Shown here: positions 15,964 to 25,420 of the stretch, piece after piece
How the letters are laid out: each line of letters begins with the position of its first letter
How positions within the stretch are numbered: position 1 is the stretch's first letter
Origin: Phycisphaera mikurensis NBRC 102666
GTDB taxonomy: Bacteria > Planctomycetota > Phycisphaerae > Phycisphaerales > Phycisphaeraceae
Direction of reading: 5' to 3'
Assembly: GCF_000284115.1 (NCBI RefSeq)
Contig: NC_017080.1
Location: 3,000,001 to 3,032,000, forward strand
DNA: 32,000 nucleotides
Notes under the pieces: model-generated
Database searches by the model: none
Seen by the model: the letters and a program-made list of their open reading frames with translations, nothing else
Told to the model about the DNA's origin: nothing
Position numbers and translations under genes: made by a program

Positions 15964-16928
15964 GCGGCCGGTGGACCGGGCACCGCGCGCGGCGCGCGCC
16001 GCTCTTGGCCCGGTGCCGGCCGCGGGCGGGTCAGCGTCTCGCCCGCGAGGCGGAGCAGGCGCGGGTCGCGGCCGCCGAACGCGTAGAGCCGGGCCAGCAG
16101 GATCCAATCCGCGTCGAGCCCCTCGCACGCGAGCCGGGCCATGCGCTCGTGGACGCCGCGGAAGACCGGCCGGCCGACCCAGCGCATCAGGTTGACGGCC
16201 GCCGCGGCCCGCACCGCGGCCGGCTCGTCCCGCGCGTGCCTCTTCAGCAGGCGGAGCGACTGCCGCAGCGTCTCGGACGGATCCGACACCGAGCCGTTGC
16301 CCGCGTGCAGCCGGTAGTGCAGCGTCACGGAGGGCTCCAGCCGCAGGCGCCGGCCGCGGCAGAGCTTCAGGAGCAGGTCCCAGTCCTCGACGATGCGCAG
16401 CGACGCGTCGAAGCCGCCCGCGGCGCGGACGGCGTCGGTCCGCAGGAGCGCCGAGCCCAGGCTGACGACCGGGTCGCCGATGACCAGGTCGTCGAAGCCG
16501 ATCGCGTCCGTGTCGGGCAGCGTGCCCAGCGCGATCGGCGGCCCGCCGGCCTCGCGGAAGCCCTCGACGCGGCCGGCGACGCCGACGGCCTCGGCGTCCC
16601 CATCCGCCCGCGCCCGCAGGCGGGCGAGGGCGCCGGGGGCGAGCCGGTCGTCGTCGTCGAGCACGCAGACCCACGCCGCGGCGGCCTCGCGGAGCGCCGC
16701 GTTGCGCGTCGCGGCGCCGCCCGCCGCGGGCGCCTCCACCAGGCGGCACCGCCCCGCCGCCGCGAGCGCCCGCAGCGCCGGCTCCGGCGCGGCATCGCCC
16801 CCGTCCACCGCCACCACGACCTCCACCGGGAGGCCCTCCGCGGCGGCGGGCACCGAGGCGACCGCCTCGGCGCACCATGCTGGCCGTCCCCTCGTGGCGA
16901 TGGCGACGCTGACGGCGGGAGCGGGCAT
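15954..16928 (-). CDS. Glycosyltransferase family 2
   Basis: MPAPAVSVAIATRGRPAWCAEAVASVPAAAEGLPVEVVVAVDGGD (ATG at 16926..16928), WVCVLDDDDRLAPGALARL (DxD), and FDASLRIVEDWDLLLKLCR. The 726-aa ORF track entry is an upstream read-through of the true start. Confidence 0.9.
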   Translation of the reverse strand: MPAPAVSVAIATRGRPAWCAEAVASVPAAAEGLPVEVVVAVDGGDAAPEPALRALAAAGRCRLVEAPAAGGAATRNAALREAAAAWVCVLDDDDRLAPGALARLRARADGDAEAVGVAGRVEGFREAGGPPIALGTLPDTDAIGFDDLVIGDPVVSLGSALLRTDAVRAAGGFDASLRIVEDWDLLLKLCRGRRLRLEPSVTLHYRLHAGNGSVSDPSETLRQSLRLLKRHARDEPAAVRAAAAVNLMRWVGRPVFRGVHERMARLACEGLDADWILLARLYAFGGRDPRLLRLAGETLTRPRPAPGQERRAPRAVPGPPAAQA

Positions 16929-16979
16929 CGGGGGCCGTTGTATCGCGCAGCCCGCGGGCCGGTTCGTCATGCTCCGCCC

Positions 16980-17990
16980 ATGCCCGAGCGCGAGGCCTCC
17001 CTCACCGTCGTCATCCCCAGCGCCGACCGGCCCGGCACGCTGGAACGCTGCCTCGCCTCGCTCGCGGCCCAGCGGCTCCGCCCCGGGGCGGTGAAGGTGG
17101 GCCTGGACGGCGGTGCGGGCGCGCGGGTCGAGGCGCTGCACCGGCGCTGGAGCCCCCACGTCCCCGGCCTGGACGTGCGGGCGCTGCCCCGCGCCGGCTC
17201 GCAGCCCGCCCGCGCCGCGCTGCTCGCTTCGGTCCAGACGCCCTACACGCTGTGCCTCAACGACGACGTGGAGGCCCAGCCGACGCTGGTGGAGGCGCAC
17301 CTCGACCGACTCGGCGCCGGCGACCCCGTGCTGGTGACGGGGCCGTGCCGGCAGTCCGCGGCGGACCCGGCGGACCCGCGGCCGGCGACGCTGCTCGACC
17401 GGCTCGTCGAGGAGACGGACCTCGTGTTCTTCGACGCCTCGGCGGCGGCGGCGGCGGGCGAGCTGACCTACCGGCACTGCTACGGGCTGAACCTCTCGGC
17501 GGCGACGGAGCTGCTCCGCCGCGACGGCGGCTTCCTCGACCTGCCCGGGCGCTACGGCTACGAGGACCTGGAGCTGGCGTGGCGGCTGACCCGGCGGCAC
17601 GGCGTCGCGCTCCGCTGGGCCGCCGGAGCCGGCGTGGTGCACACGCACCGGCTGAGCGTCGAGCAGCTCTGCGTGCGGGAGGAGCGGCTCGGGGCGACCG
17701 CGTGGGACGTGGCCGCACGCAACGGCGGCTTCATGCGGGAATTGCTCGGTCTGGACTGCCGGTCCGCCGACCACCTGAGCTTCTGCCGCCGGGCCGTCGA
17801 CCGCGGCGCCGCGGACGCGGCCCGCTGCCGGGCGTCGTTCGAGCGGCTCGCCGCCATGCCGGCCGAGACGATCCCCCCCGGCTCGCCGCTGCTGATCGAG
17901 CTGCAGCACTTCTGGATCCCGCTCAAGCGGCAGCTGTGGCGGCAAGGGCTGATCCTCGGCGCGGAGCAGGAAAAGGGCCGCGCCGGGTGA
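16980..17990 (+). CDS. Glycosyltransferase family 2
   Basis: MPEREASLTVVIPSADRPGTLERCLASLAAQRLRPGAVKVGLDGG, YTLCLNDDVEAQPTLVEAHLD, and GRYGYEDLELAWRLTRRHG. Starts at ATG 16980 inside the longer 14118..17990 shadow-extended ORF. Confidence 0.88.
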   Translation: MPEREASLTVVIPSADRPGTLERCLASLAAQRLRPGAVKVGLDGGAGARVEALHRRWSPHVPGLDVRALPRAGSQPARAALLASVQTPYTLCLNDDVEAQPTLVEAHLDRLGAGDPVLVTGPCRQSAADPADPRPATLLDRLVEETDLVFFDASAAAAAGELTYRHCYGLNLSAATELLRRDGGFLDLPGRYGYEDLELAWRLTRRHGVALRWAAGAGVVHTHRLSVEQLCVREERLGATAWDVAARNGGFMRELLGLDCRSADHLSFCRRAVDRGAADAARCRASFERLAAMPAETIPPGSPLLIELQHFWIPLKRQLWRQGLILGAEQEKGRAG

Positions 17991-18054
17991 GCCCGCGGGG
18001 TGGCCGCGACCCGCTCGGCCCCTGCTCGCCACCCGCTGCGGCATACTGCCCGTC

Positions 18055-19734
18055 GTGTCCGCCCCGCCGCCGAAGCCGATCGACGGGGCCGGGCTCCAGG
18101 CGGTCGGCGAGCGGGCGCGCGCCGCCGGCCGCAAGGTCGTGCTGTGCCACGGCTGCTTCGACGTGCTCCACCCCGGCCACGTCGGCTACCTGCAGGCGGC
18201 CGCGGCGCAGGGCGACGTGCTGGTGGTCTCGATCACCTCCGACGACGCGATCGAGAAGGCCGACGGCACGCGGCCGCACCTGCCCGAGGAGATGCGGAGC
18301 GAGCACCTCGCGGCGCTGGCCTGCGTCGACCACGTGGTCGTGTGCGCGGCGGAGACCGCGAGCCCGGTCATCGAGCGGCTCAAGCCGGACCTCTACGTGA
18401 AGGGCAGCGAGTACGCGAATTCCGACGACCCGCGGGTCGCGGCGGAGCGCGAGCGGGTGGAGTCGCTGGGCGGCCGCGTGCTCTTCACCTCCGGCGCGGT
18501 GGTCATGAGCTCCACCGCCCTGCTCGCCGCGGCCGGCCCCGCGGGCGCGGCGGGCGAGGCGGAACGGCTCGCCGCGGCGTGCGGGCGGTGGGGCCTGGAC
18601 GCCGCGCGGGCGCTCGGGCTGCTCCGCGGCTTCGCGGGCCTGCGGGTGGTGGTGGTGGGGGACGCGCTGGAGGACCGCTACAGCGTGTCCGACGCGGTCG
18701 AGGCCGCCGACGAGGGGCCCTGCCTGTCGATGCGTCCCGAGCGGGTGCTGTCTTTCGCGGGGGGCGCGGCGGCGGTGGCCTCGCACGCGGCCGCGCTCGG
18801 GGCCGAAGTCACGCTCGTGGCCCCCGGCGGGCCGGACGCGGCCTCGCGAGCCTTCGCCGACCGGCTCGGAGCCGCCGGCGTGATCCCCCGCCTGCTCCCG
18901 CTCCGCGGCGGGATCCCGGTGAAGGAGCGCTTCGTCGTCGGCACGCAGAAGCTGCTGAAGGTGGACCACGGGAGCAGCGTCCCGCTGGACTCGGCGGGCC
19001 AGCGGCGGCTGCGGGAGGCCGCGGTGGAAGCGGCGGCGGGCCGCACCGACGCGGTCATCCTCAGCGACTTCGGCCTCGGCTGCCTCGACGCCGCCTCGCT
19101 GGCCCCGCTGCTCGCCCCGCTCCGCCCGCGGGCCCGCGTGCTCGCCGGCGACGTCTCCGGCCCGCGGCCGACCCTCGAGGCGATGCGGGGCGTGGACCTG
19201 CTCACGCCCAACGAGCGCGAGCTGCGGGCCGCCTGCGCCGCGCCCGACCTCTCGCTGCCGACGGTGGCTTCGGGGCTGATGGAGCGGCTCGGGGTGCCGA
19301 ACCTGCTGGCGACGCTCGACGCCCGCGGCGCCGTGCTCTTCCACCCCCGGGATCCCGCGCCGGGCCGCTGGTTCGACCACCGGCTACGCAGCGACCACGT
19401 CCCGTCGCTCACCGCCCGGGCCGTCGATCCGGTCGGCGCCGGCGACGCGCTGCTCGCCGTCGCCACGCTCACGCTCGCCGCCGGCGGCACCGGCCCGCAG
19501 GCGGCGTACCTCGGCTCGGTCGCCGCCGCCGTCGCGGTGGACCGCCTCGGCAACGCCGCCGTCGACGCGGCGACCCTGCGGTCGGCGCTGCGGGAACGGC
19601 CCGAGCTGCGGGCGTCGACCGCCACGCCCCGCGTGGTGCTGGGGGCCGCGGCCTGGCCCCAGAGGCGGCCTCACGCGGCGTTGGGCTCGCCCGGGGTGCC
19701 GCTCGCCCGCGCCGAACCGAGCCCGACGGCCTGA
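18055..19734 (+). CDS. Bifunctional HldE/RfaE-like protein with reversed domain order: N-terminal cytidylyltransferase and C-terminal PfkB-family kinase
   Basis: GTG start. VVLCHGCFDVLHPGHVGYLQAAAAQGDVLVVSITSD (nucleotidyltransferase HxGH), later FAGGAAAVASHAAALGAEVTLVAPGG, VDLLTPNERELR, and AVDPVGAGDALLAVATL (PfkB GAGD). Confidence 0.88.
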   Translation: MSAPPPKPIDGAGLQAVGERARAAGRKVVLCHGCFDVLHPGHVGYLQAAAAQGDVLVVSITSDDAIEKADGTRPHLPEEMRSEHLAALACVDHVVVCAAETASPVIERLKPDLYVKGSEYANSDDPRVAAERERVESLGGRVLFTSGAVVMSSTALLAAAGPAGAAGEAERLAAACGRWGLDAARALGLLRGFAGLRVVVVGDALEDRYSVSDAVEAADEGPCLSMRPERVLSFAGGAAAVASHAAALGAEVTLVAPGGPDAASRAFADRLGAAGVIPRLLPLRGGIPVKERFVVGTQKLLKVDHGSSVPLDSAGQRRLREAAVEAAAGRTDAVILSDFGLGCLDAASLAPLLAPLRPRARVLAGDVSGPRPTLEAMRGVDLLTPNERELRAACAAPDLSLPTVASGLMERLGVPNLLATLDARGAVLFHPRDPAPGRWFDHRLRSDHVPSLTARAVDPVGAGDALLAVATLTLAAGGTGPQAAYLGSVAAAVAVDRLGNAAVDAATLRSALRERPELRASTATPRVVLGAAAWPQRRPHAALGSPGVPLARAEPSPTA

Positions 19735-19757
19735 CGCCGCGACGCCGCCCGCGCCCC

Positions 19758-20930
19758 TCAACCGGCCGTCGCGACCGCCGGGTACGCGTCGCGGAGCAAG
19801 AGCGACGGCCGCCCCGCCGGGTCGGGCGCGGGCCGCCGGCGGCCGGGGTTCAGGTCGGTGTGCAGGACGGCCCGCGTGGACGACGCCGCTTCCGCACCCG
19901 GAGCGACGACGGGCACCGCGTGCAGCACGCCGCCGCGGAAGGCTTCCGCCGGATCCGTCACCGCGGCCACCACCAGCCCCGCGGCTTCCGCCGCCTCCGC
20001 CGTCAGGTCGGCGTGCTTCGTGAAACCGGCGAGCGTGACCGGCGTGCCCGGGGCCAGGCGCTCGCGCTCCGCGAAGGCCGCCACCGCCGCTCGCTGCCGC
20101 TCGAAGCCGTACAAGGACTCCGCCGCGGCGGCCGGCAGCGGCGGGCCGATCCGCGGGAGCGACGACGCTTCCGCCGCCGCCGCGTCCGCGTCCGCTCCGG
20201 TGCCGCCCGCCGCGAGCAGCAGCCGGCCGTAGCGCTCCACCAGCCCCGGACGGGCCGCCGCCGCCCGCTCTGGCTCCAGATACCCCGCCGACAGCGCGAG
20301 GTTGTTCCGCAGATCCAGCCGAGCCGCCCGGAGGGACCGCCGCGCCGTCGCCGCCTTGCGGTGGTCGAACGCGACCGCCTCCTCCCGCGCCACCGACCAC
20401 CCCGCCGCGAGCAGCCGGCACGCCAGCCCCAGCTCCTCGGCCTGCATGAACAGCCCGGCGTCGAAGCCGCCCACCCGCTCGAAAGCCTCCCGCCGCACCG
20501 CCCACCCGCACGCCGGCGACAGGGCGGGCAGCGCGCACGCGTCCTGCCCGCCGCCGGGCAGGTGCACAGGTCCGCCCACCGCGCCCAGCCGCGGATCCGA
20601 AGCCAACGCCGCGGCCGCCGCGGCGAGCGTGCCCGGCCGCGGCGTGGAATCGTCGTCGAGGAACAGCAGCCGCTGCCCGCTGGACGCCGCCGCCGCCTGG
20701 TTCCGCCCGGCGCAGGGGTTCGCGTCGCCCCGCTCGATCACCCGCACCGCCAGCCCGGGCCGACGCCTCGCGAACCCGCGGACCGCCGCCGCCGTCCCGT
20801 CCTCCGAGGCGTTGTCCGCGACGATCACCTCCAACCGGCTCGCGGCCGGATGCTCCGCGAGCGCGTGCAGCGTCACGCCCAGCTCCTCCCGCCGGCCCCG
20901 CGTCGCGATGATCACGCTCCAGTCGGCCAC
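19758..20930 (-). CDS. Glycosyltransferase family 2
   Basis: MADWSVIIATRGRREELGVTLHALAEHPAASRLEVIVADNASEDGT, RLLFLDDDSTPRPGTLAAAAA (DDD), and FERVGGFDAGLFMQAEELGLACRLL. Confidence 0.92.
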   Translation of the reverse strand: MADWSVIIATRGRREELGVTLHALAEHPAASRLEVIVADNASEDGTAAAVRGFARRRPGLAVRVIERGDANPCAGRNQAAAASSGQRLLFLDDDSTPRPGTLAAAAAALASDPRLGAVGGPVHLPGGGQDACALPALSPACGWAVRREAFERVGGFDAGLFMQAEELGLACRLLAAGWSVAREEAVAFDHRKAATARRSLRAARLDLRNNLALSAGYLEPERAAAARPGLVERYGRLLLAAGGTGADADAAAAEASSLPRIGPPLPAAAAESLYGFERQRAAVAAFAERERLAPGTPVTLAGFTKHADLTAEAAEAAGLVVAAVTDPAEAFRGGVLHAVPVVAPGAEAASSTRAVLHTDLNPGRRRPAPDPAGRPSLLLRDAYPAVATAG

Positions 20931-20943
20931 GCCGCGACCCTAC

Positions 20944-20989
20944 CCGCGGACCGTCCGCAGAAACCGGCTTCAAGGCCCACGGTCCGCGG
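20944..20989. other. Hairpin CCGCGGACCGT...ACGGTCCGCGG, second occurrence
   Basis: Perfect 11-bp inverted repeat (20944..20954 / 20979..20989) with 24-nt spacer, just upstream of the minus-strand GT2. Confidence 0.6.
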
Positions 20990-21015
20990 CGCCGCCGCGG
21001 CCGCCGGACCCCGGC

Positions 21016-21064
21016 GCCGGAGGCGGCACCGGTGCCGGGGGCCGGAGGCGGCACCGGTGCCGGG
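21016..21064. repeat. Tandem duplication (25-bp period) containing a perfect 12-nt palindrome
   Basis: GCCGGAGGCGGCACCGGTGCCGGG at 21016..21039 and 21041..21064. Palindrome GGCACCGGTGCC at 21025..21036 and 21050..21061. Confidence 0.85.
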
Positions 21065-21119
21065 CACGACGCCCGGCCCGCTCCTCCGGAAGGCTTCACG
21101 CGGTGCGCGACAGGCGGAT

Positions 21120-21998
21120 TCAGAAGAACATCTTCGCCCGGAACCAGTAGCGGTACCGCTCCTCGAAGCTCACGTGCTCCCGCAGCTCCTCCCCGAGCGT
21201 CTGCTCCATGTCGGTCTCGACCACCAGCCGGTGGAAGCCCGCCTCGCGGGCGCTTTTCGCCAGGCCGTGGACGAGCAGCAGCCGCCGATCGGTGCCCGGC
21301 TCTGCGCTGCGGCGGGTGGCGTCGCCGCCCTGCGCCTCGGCCACCGTCGCGGCGTCGCCGGTCAGGTCGAACACGTAAGCCGTCCGGCTCCCGGCGTCGG
21401 TGCACAGCACCGCCGCCGCCCGCGGCTGGGTGCCCTGCATCCAGAGGCTGTACCTGACGGGGTGCCGGAAGCAGCGGAGCAGGTCCGGCCGGGCCGCGGC
21501 CGTGGTCTCTCCCTCCGCCCCCCGCCAGCGCGTCGTGAGATCGAGCCAGCCCCGCGTCAGCTCCTCGCGGCCCTCCACCCGACCGGTGGCCACCTGCGGC
21601 GCGAGCATCTCCTCCAGGTCCGCGCGCGGCGGGGCCGTGAGGTCCAGCGTGTTGACCGAGGTCCGCTCCACCCGGGCGTAGCCGTTCTCGGCGAGCAGCT
21701 TGTCGAAGCGTCCCGGCGGGGTGTAGACGTTCATCCGGAAGATCGGCCGGAGCTTCTTGCTCACGTAGAGCTTCTCCACCACCGAGACCTTCTTCTCGAG
21801 CGGGTGCACGCCCTCACCGAGGGGGTACACGGCGTTGCCGCGGCGGCTGTAGGCCTGGCTGAAACGCATCAGCCAGCCGTCCTCCTCCTTCTCGCGGACG
21901 CCGCCCCAGGCTTGGATCAGGCCGCGATCGATTTCCATCCGCGCGGCGACCCGGGCGGTGTGGGCGGGGTCGTTGCGTCTGCGGCTGCTGCTGCCCAA
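21120..21998 (-). CDS. Putative GNAT-like N-acetyltransferase (start uncertain; ATG at 21936..21938 is an alternative)
   Basis: EIDRGLIQAWGGVREKEEDGWLMRFSQAYSRRGNAVYPLGEGVHPLEKKVSVVEKLYVSKKLRPIFRM resembles the W..G...R..NSV.P pattern of GNAT-fold proteins. No catalytic proof. Confidence 0.5.
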   Translation of the reverse strand: MGSSSRRRNDPAHTARVAARMEIDRGLIQAWGGVREKEEDGWLMRFSQAYSRRGNAVYPLGEGVHPLEKKVSVVEKLYVSKKLRPIFRMNVYTPPGRFDKLLAENGYARVERTSVNTLDLTAPPRADLEEMLAPQVATGRVEGREELTRGWLDLTTRWRGAEGETTAAARPDLLRCFRHPVRYSLWMQGTQPRAAAVLCTDAGSRTAYVFDLTGDAATVAEAQGGDATRRSAEPGTDRRLLLVHGLAKSAREAGFHRLVVETDMEQTLGEELREHVSFEERYRYWFRAKMFF

Positions 21999-22106
21999 GA
22001 ATGGTCCTCACCGGTGCGATCCCCACGCCGGCCCGGGGGGCCGTCCAAGCGTTATCGGCCCGACGGTGTACCCGATCGAGGAGGCCGCCGCCGCCCGCCA
22101 CGCCAA

Positions 22107-24290
22107 TCAAGCCGGCGAAGGCATCATGCCCGACGCCGCGGGCGACGCCGGCTCGTCCGCCCGCCGCGGGTCGGGCCGGTTCGCGTCGGGCGCCACCTTC
22201 CGGTCGTCGGCCGCCAGCAGCTCGCTCACGGAAGGCCGCCCGAGCTCCTGCCCGTTCATCAGCCGCGTCACGTCGGCCGCCGTCAGCGTCTCGTGCGAGA
22301 GCAGGGCGTCGGCGAGGCGGACCGTCTCCTCCCAGTGCTCGCCGAGGATCTTCTCGGCGTCGGCGAACGCCTCGTCGCTGAGGCGTCGGATCTCCTCGTC
22401 GATGACGTTGGCGGTCTGATCCGAGTAGGGCCGGTCGGCGGAGAAGCCGTTGGGGTTGTCCTTGGGCGTGTAGTTGATGAAGCCGAGCCGCTCGCTCATG
22501 CCCCACTCCAGCACCATGGCCCGCGCGTAGTTGGTCATCATCTCGATGTCCATGGAGGCGCCCGAGCTGATGTCGTCGGTCTTCCTCTGCTCGGCGATCC
22601 GCCCGCCGCACAGCACGCGCATCGTGTCGTGGATGTACCGCCGCCCGTAGCCGAAGCGGTCCTTCTCGGGGAGCGACATCGTCGCGCCCATGGCCCGGCC
22701 ACGCGGGATGATCGTCACCTTGTGGAGCGGGTCGGCGTGGTCGAGCAGGTACTGGATCACGGCGTGGCCGGCTTCGTGGTACGCGGTGGCGAGGCGGTCG
22801 TCCTCCTCCACCTTCCGGCTCTTGCTCGCGCGGCCGAAGCGGACCTTGTCGCGCGCCTCCTCCAGGTCGTCCTGCTCGACGAACTCCTTGTCGGCCAGCG
22901 TCGCCCCGATGGCGGCCTCGTTGATCACCGCCGCCAGCTCGGCCCCCGAGAACATCGGCGTCGCCTTGCCGAGCTTCTCCAAATTCACGTCGGGCGAGAG
23001 CTTGATCTTGCGGGCGTGGACCTTGAGGATCTCCACCCGGCCGCGGAGGTCCGGGAGCGGGACCTGCACCTGCCGGTCGAACCGACCGGGCCGCGTCAAC
23101 GCCGGGTCGAGCACGTCGGCGCGGTTGGTCGAGGCGATGACGATCACCTGGTCGGACGAGTCGAAGCCGTCCATCTCGACGAGGATCGCGTTGAGCGTCT
23201 GCTCGCGCTCGTCGTGGCCGCCCGAGGAGAAGCCGTTGCCGCGGCGCCGGCCGACGGCATCGATCTCGTCCAGGAAGATGATGCAGGGGCTCGAATCCTT
23301 CGCCTGCTTGAAGAGGTCGCGCACCCGCGACGCCCCGACGCCGACGAACATCTCCACGAAGTCCGAGCCGGAGATGGAGTAGAACGGCACGTCGGCCTCG
23401 CCCGCCATCGCCTTGGCCAGGAGCGTCTTGCCGCAGCCGGGCTGTCCGATGAGCAGCACGCCCCGCGGCACGCGGCCACCGAGCCGCTGGAACTTCTTGG
23501 GGTTCCGCAGGAACTCGATGATCTCGGAGACCTCGTCCTTCGCCTCGGTGATGCCCGCGACGTCGTCGAGCTTCACGTTGGAGTGCTCCTTGGTGAGCGC
23601 TTTGTGCTTGCTCTTGCCGAAGTTGCCGAGCATGCCGCCGGGCCCGCCGCCGGCGCCCCGGAGGGCCCGGAAGAAGAAGAAGTAGATCAGCAGCGCGATC
23701 AAGACGATCGGGCCGAAGGACAGCAGCACCGCGATCCAGACGCTCTGGCTCGGATCCTCCTGGAACCGCTGCCCCATCCGCTGGAGGCGGTCGGTGTGGA
23801 GGATCAGGTTGGTCGGGTTGGTTGCGTAGACGACGCTGCGCTTCTCGCCGAGGCTCTCGGGCAGGCCCTCCACCCCCTCCTTGATCTCGGCGGTCAGCGC
23901 CTCCGGCGAGATCAGCACGCCCTCGTCGGTGAAGCTGTTGTTCTCGGCGAGCTGGAAGAACTCCTGGTAGCTGACCGGCGCCGCGGCGTTTTGATTCGCG
24001 TTCATCACCAGGACCAGCAGCACCGCGAGGCCGATGAGGAGGATCCAGCCGAGCGTCTGCTTGCCGGCGAGCGTGGCCGGCGGCTTGCCTTTGCCGCCGG
24101 GTTGGTTCCTGCCGCCGGGCTTGTTCCTCTGGCTGGGCTTGTCTCTCTGGCCGTGCCGGTCGCCCCGACCGGACGGATTCCCCCCGCCGGCTTCGACGTC
24201 CCCCTTCCCCGCCTCGCGGCCGGGGTTCTTGTCGTCGCGGTCGCCGCTGTCGCCCTCGGACTCGTGGCGCTGGGAAGAGGGATCGGGCAT
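22107..24290 (-). CDS. ftsH: ATP-dependent zinc metalloprotease FtsH with charged, low-complexity N-terminal extension
   Basis: [13 protein letters not shown]... TM segment [17 protein letters not shown]. Walker A GQPGCGKT, Walker [42 protein letters not shown], Zn site YHEAGHAV. Confidence 0.97.
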   Translation of the reverse strand: MPDPSSQRHESEGDSGDRDDKNPGREAGKGDVEAGGGNPSGRGDRHGQRDKPSQRNKPGGRNQPGGKGKPPATLAGKQTLGWILLIGLAVLLVLVMNANQNAAAPVSYQEFFQLAENNSFTDEGVLISPEALTAEIKEGVEGLPESLGEKRSVVYATNPTNLILHTDRLQRMGQRFQEDPSQSVWIAVLLSFGPIVLIALLIYFFFFRALRGAGGGPGGMLGNFGKSKHKALTKEHSNVKLDDVAGITEAKDEVSEIIEFLRNPKKFQRLGGRVPRGVLLIGQPGCGKTLLAKAMAGEADVPFYSISGSDFVEMFVGVGASRVRDLFKQAKDSSPCIIFLDEIDAVGRRRGNGFSSGGHDEREQTLNAILVEMDGFDSSDQVIVIASTNRADVLDPALTRPGRFDRQVQVPLPDLRGRVEILKVHARKIKLSPDVNLEKLGKATPMFSGAELAAVINEAAIGATLADKEFVEQDDLEEARDKVRFGRASKSRKVEEDDRLATAYHEAGHAVIQYLLDHADPLHKVTIIPRGRAMGATMSLPEKDRFGYGRRYIHDTMRVLCGGRIAEQRKTDDISSGASMDIEMMTNYARAMVLEWGMSERLGFINYTPKDNPNGFSADRPYSDQTANVIDEEIRRLSDEAFADAEKILGEHWEETVRLADALLSHETLTAADVTRLMNGQELGRPSVSELLAADDRKVAPDANRPDPRRADEPASPAASGMMPSPA

Positions 24291-24425
24291 GAGCTTGGGT
24301 TCCGGTTCCCACCGCCCGGAACGCCCGGCCGCGGGAGAACAAGCGTAGGCGGCACCCGGCGACGCTCCGAAGCGGCGCTGCGGACGCCCCGGGCGGGATC
24401 CTCCGGCAGGCGCTAATCTGCCGCG

Positions 24426-25214
24426 ATGCCTGACAACACCCGCCTCGCCGTCCAGCTCTACACGCTCCGCAGCTTCACGCAGACACCCTCCGACATCGCG
24501 GCGACGTTCGAGAAGCTCGCCGCTCAGGGCTGGCGGGCCGTGCAGGACTCCGCGATGGGCGAGATCGAGACCGCGGAGCTCAAGAAGATCGCCGACGACA
24601 ACGGCATCGCGGTGATCGCCAGCCACGTCTCGCTCGACCAGATCGAGAAAGACCCCCAGGCGATGATCGACCGCCACCAGGCCCTGGGCTGCACGAACTC
24701 GGCCATCGGCGGCTTCTTTCCCTCGAAGGAAGACTTCACCGAGGACAAGTGGTCGGCCTTCATCGACCGCTTCAACGCCGCCGCGGCGAAGCTGCGGGAG
24801 GGCGGGATCCACTACGGCTACCACAACCACAGCCACGAGTGGATCCGCTTCGGCAACCCGCTGGAGACCCGGCGGCCGATCGACCTGCTGCTCGAACGGC
24901 TCGCGCCGGAGGTGCCCTTCGAGCTGGACACCTATTGGGTGGCCCACGCCGGCGGCAACCCCGCGGCCTGGATCAAGAAGGTCCACGGCCGGATCCCGTG
25001 CGTCCACCTCAAGGACATGCTGATGGGGCTGGACCCGCGGGAACCGGTCATGGCGGAGATCGGCGTGGGCAACCTCGATTGGCCCTCCATCCTCGGGGCC
25101 TGCGCCGATGCGGGGGTGAAGCACTACATCGTGGAGCAGGACCACTGCTGGCGCGACCCCTTCGACTCGCTGCAGACCAGCCTCGAGAACCTCAAGACGA
25201 TGGGTCTTTCCTGA
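24426..25214 (+). CDS. Sugar phosphate isomerase/epimerase (xylose isomerase-like TIM barrel)
   Basis: LAVQLYTLRSFTQTPSDIAATFEKLAAQGWRAVQ, YHNHSHEWIRF, ELDTYWVAHAGGNPAAWIKKVHGRIPCVHLKDM, and EIGVGNLDWPSIL. Confidence 0.9.
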   Translation: MPDNTRLAVQLYTLRSFTQTPSDIAATFEKLAAQGWRAVQDSAMGEIETAELKKIADDNGIAVIASHVSLDQIEKDPQAMIDRHQALGCTNSAIGGFFPSKEDFTEDKWSAFIDRFNAAAAKLREGGIHYGYHNHSHEWIRFGNPLETRRPIDLLLERLAPEVPFELDTYWVAHAGGNPAAWIKKVHGRIPCVHLKDMLMGLDPREPVMAEIGVGNLDWPSILGACADAGVKHYIVEQDHCWRDPFDSLQTSLENLKTMGLS

Positions 25215-25420
25215 TCCACCCGTCGGCGTCTCGCCCGGCGGCACCGTCGCTCCCTTGGGTCGGGTGCGGCTCGAGGCGCGTGCCCCGGCACGGGCGGCAG
25301 CAACCCCCCCGCCGCCCACAGTCGGCGAGGCGGGATCTTCGCGGCCGCAACCTGTTATGAAGGTGGCCGCCGGTTCGCCCGGCCCGCTCCCCGTCTCCCG
25401 CTCCCATCGCTCCCGGTGCC

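Noticed and set aside
15954-18134. A 726-aa minus-strand protein as one fusion gene
   Set aside because: Only residues from MPAPAVSVAIATRGRP (16928) onward have GT2 motifs. The upstream part is antisense to a well-supported plus-strand GT2 (16980..17990).
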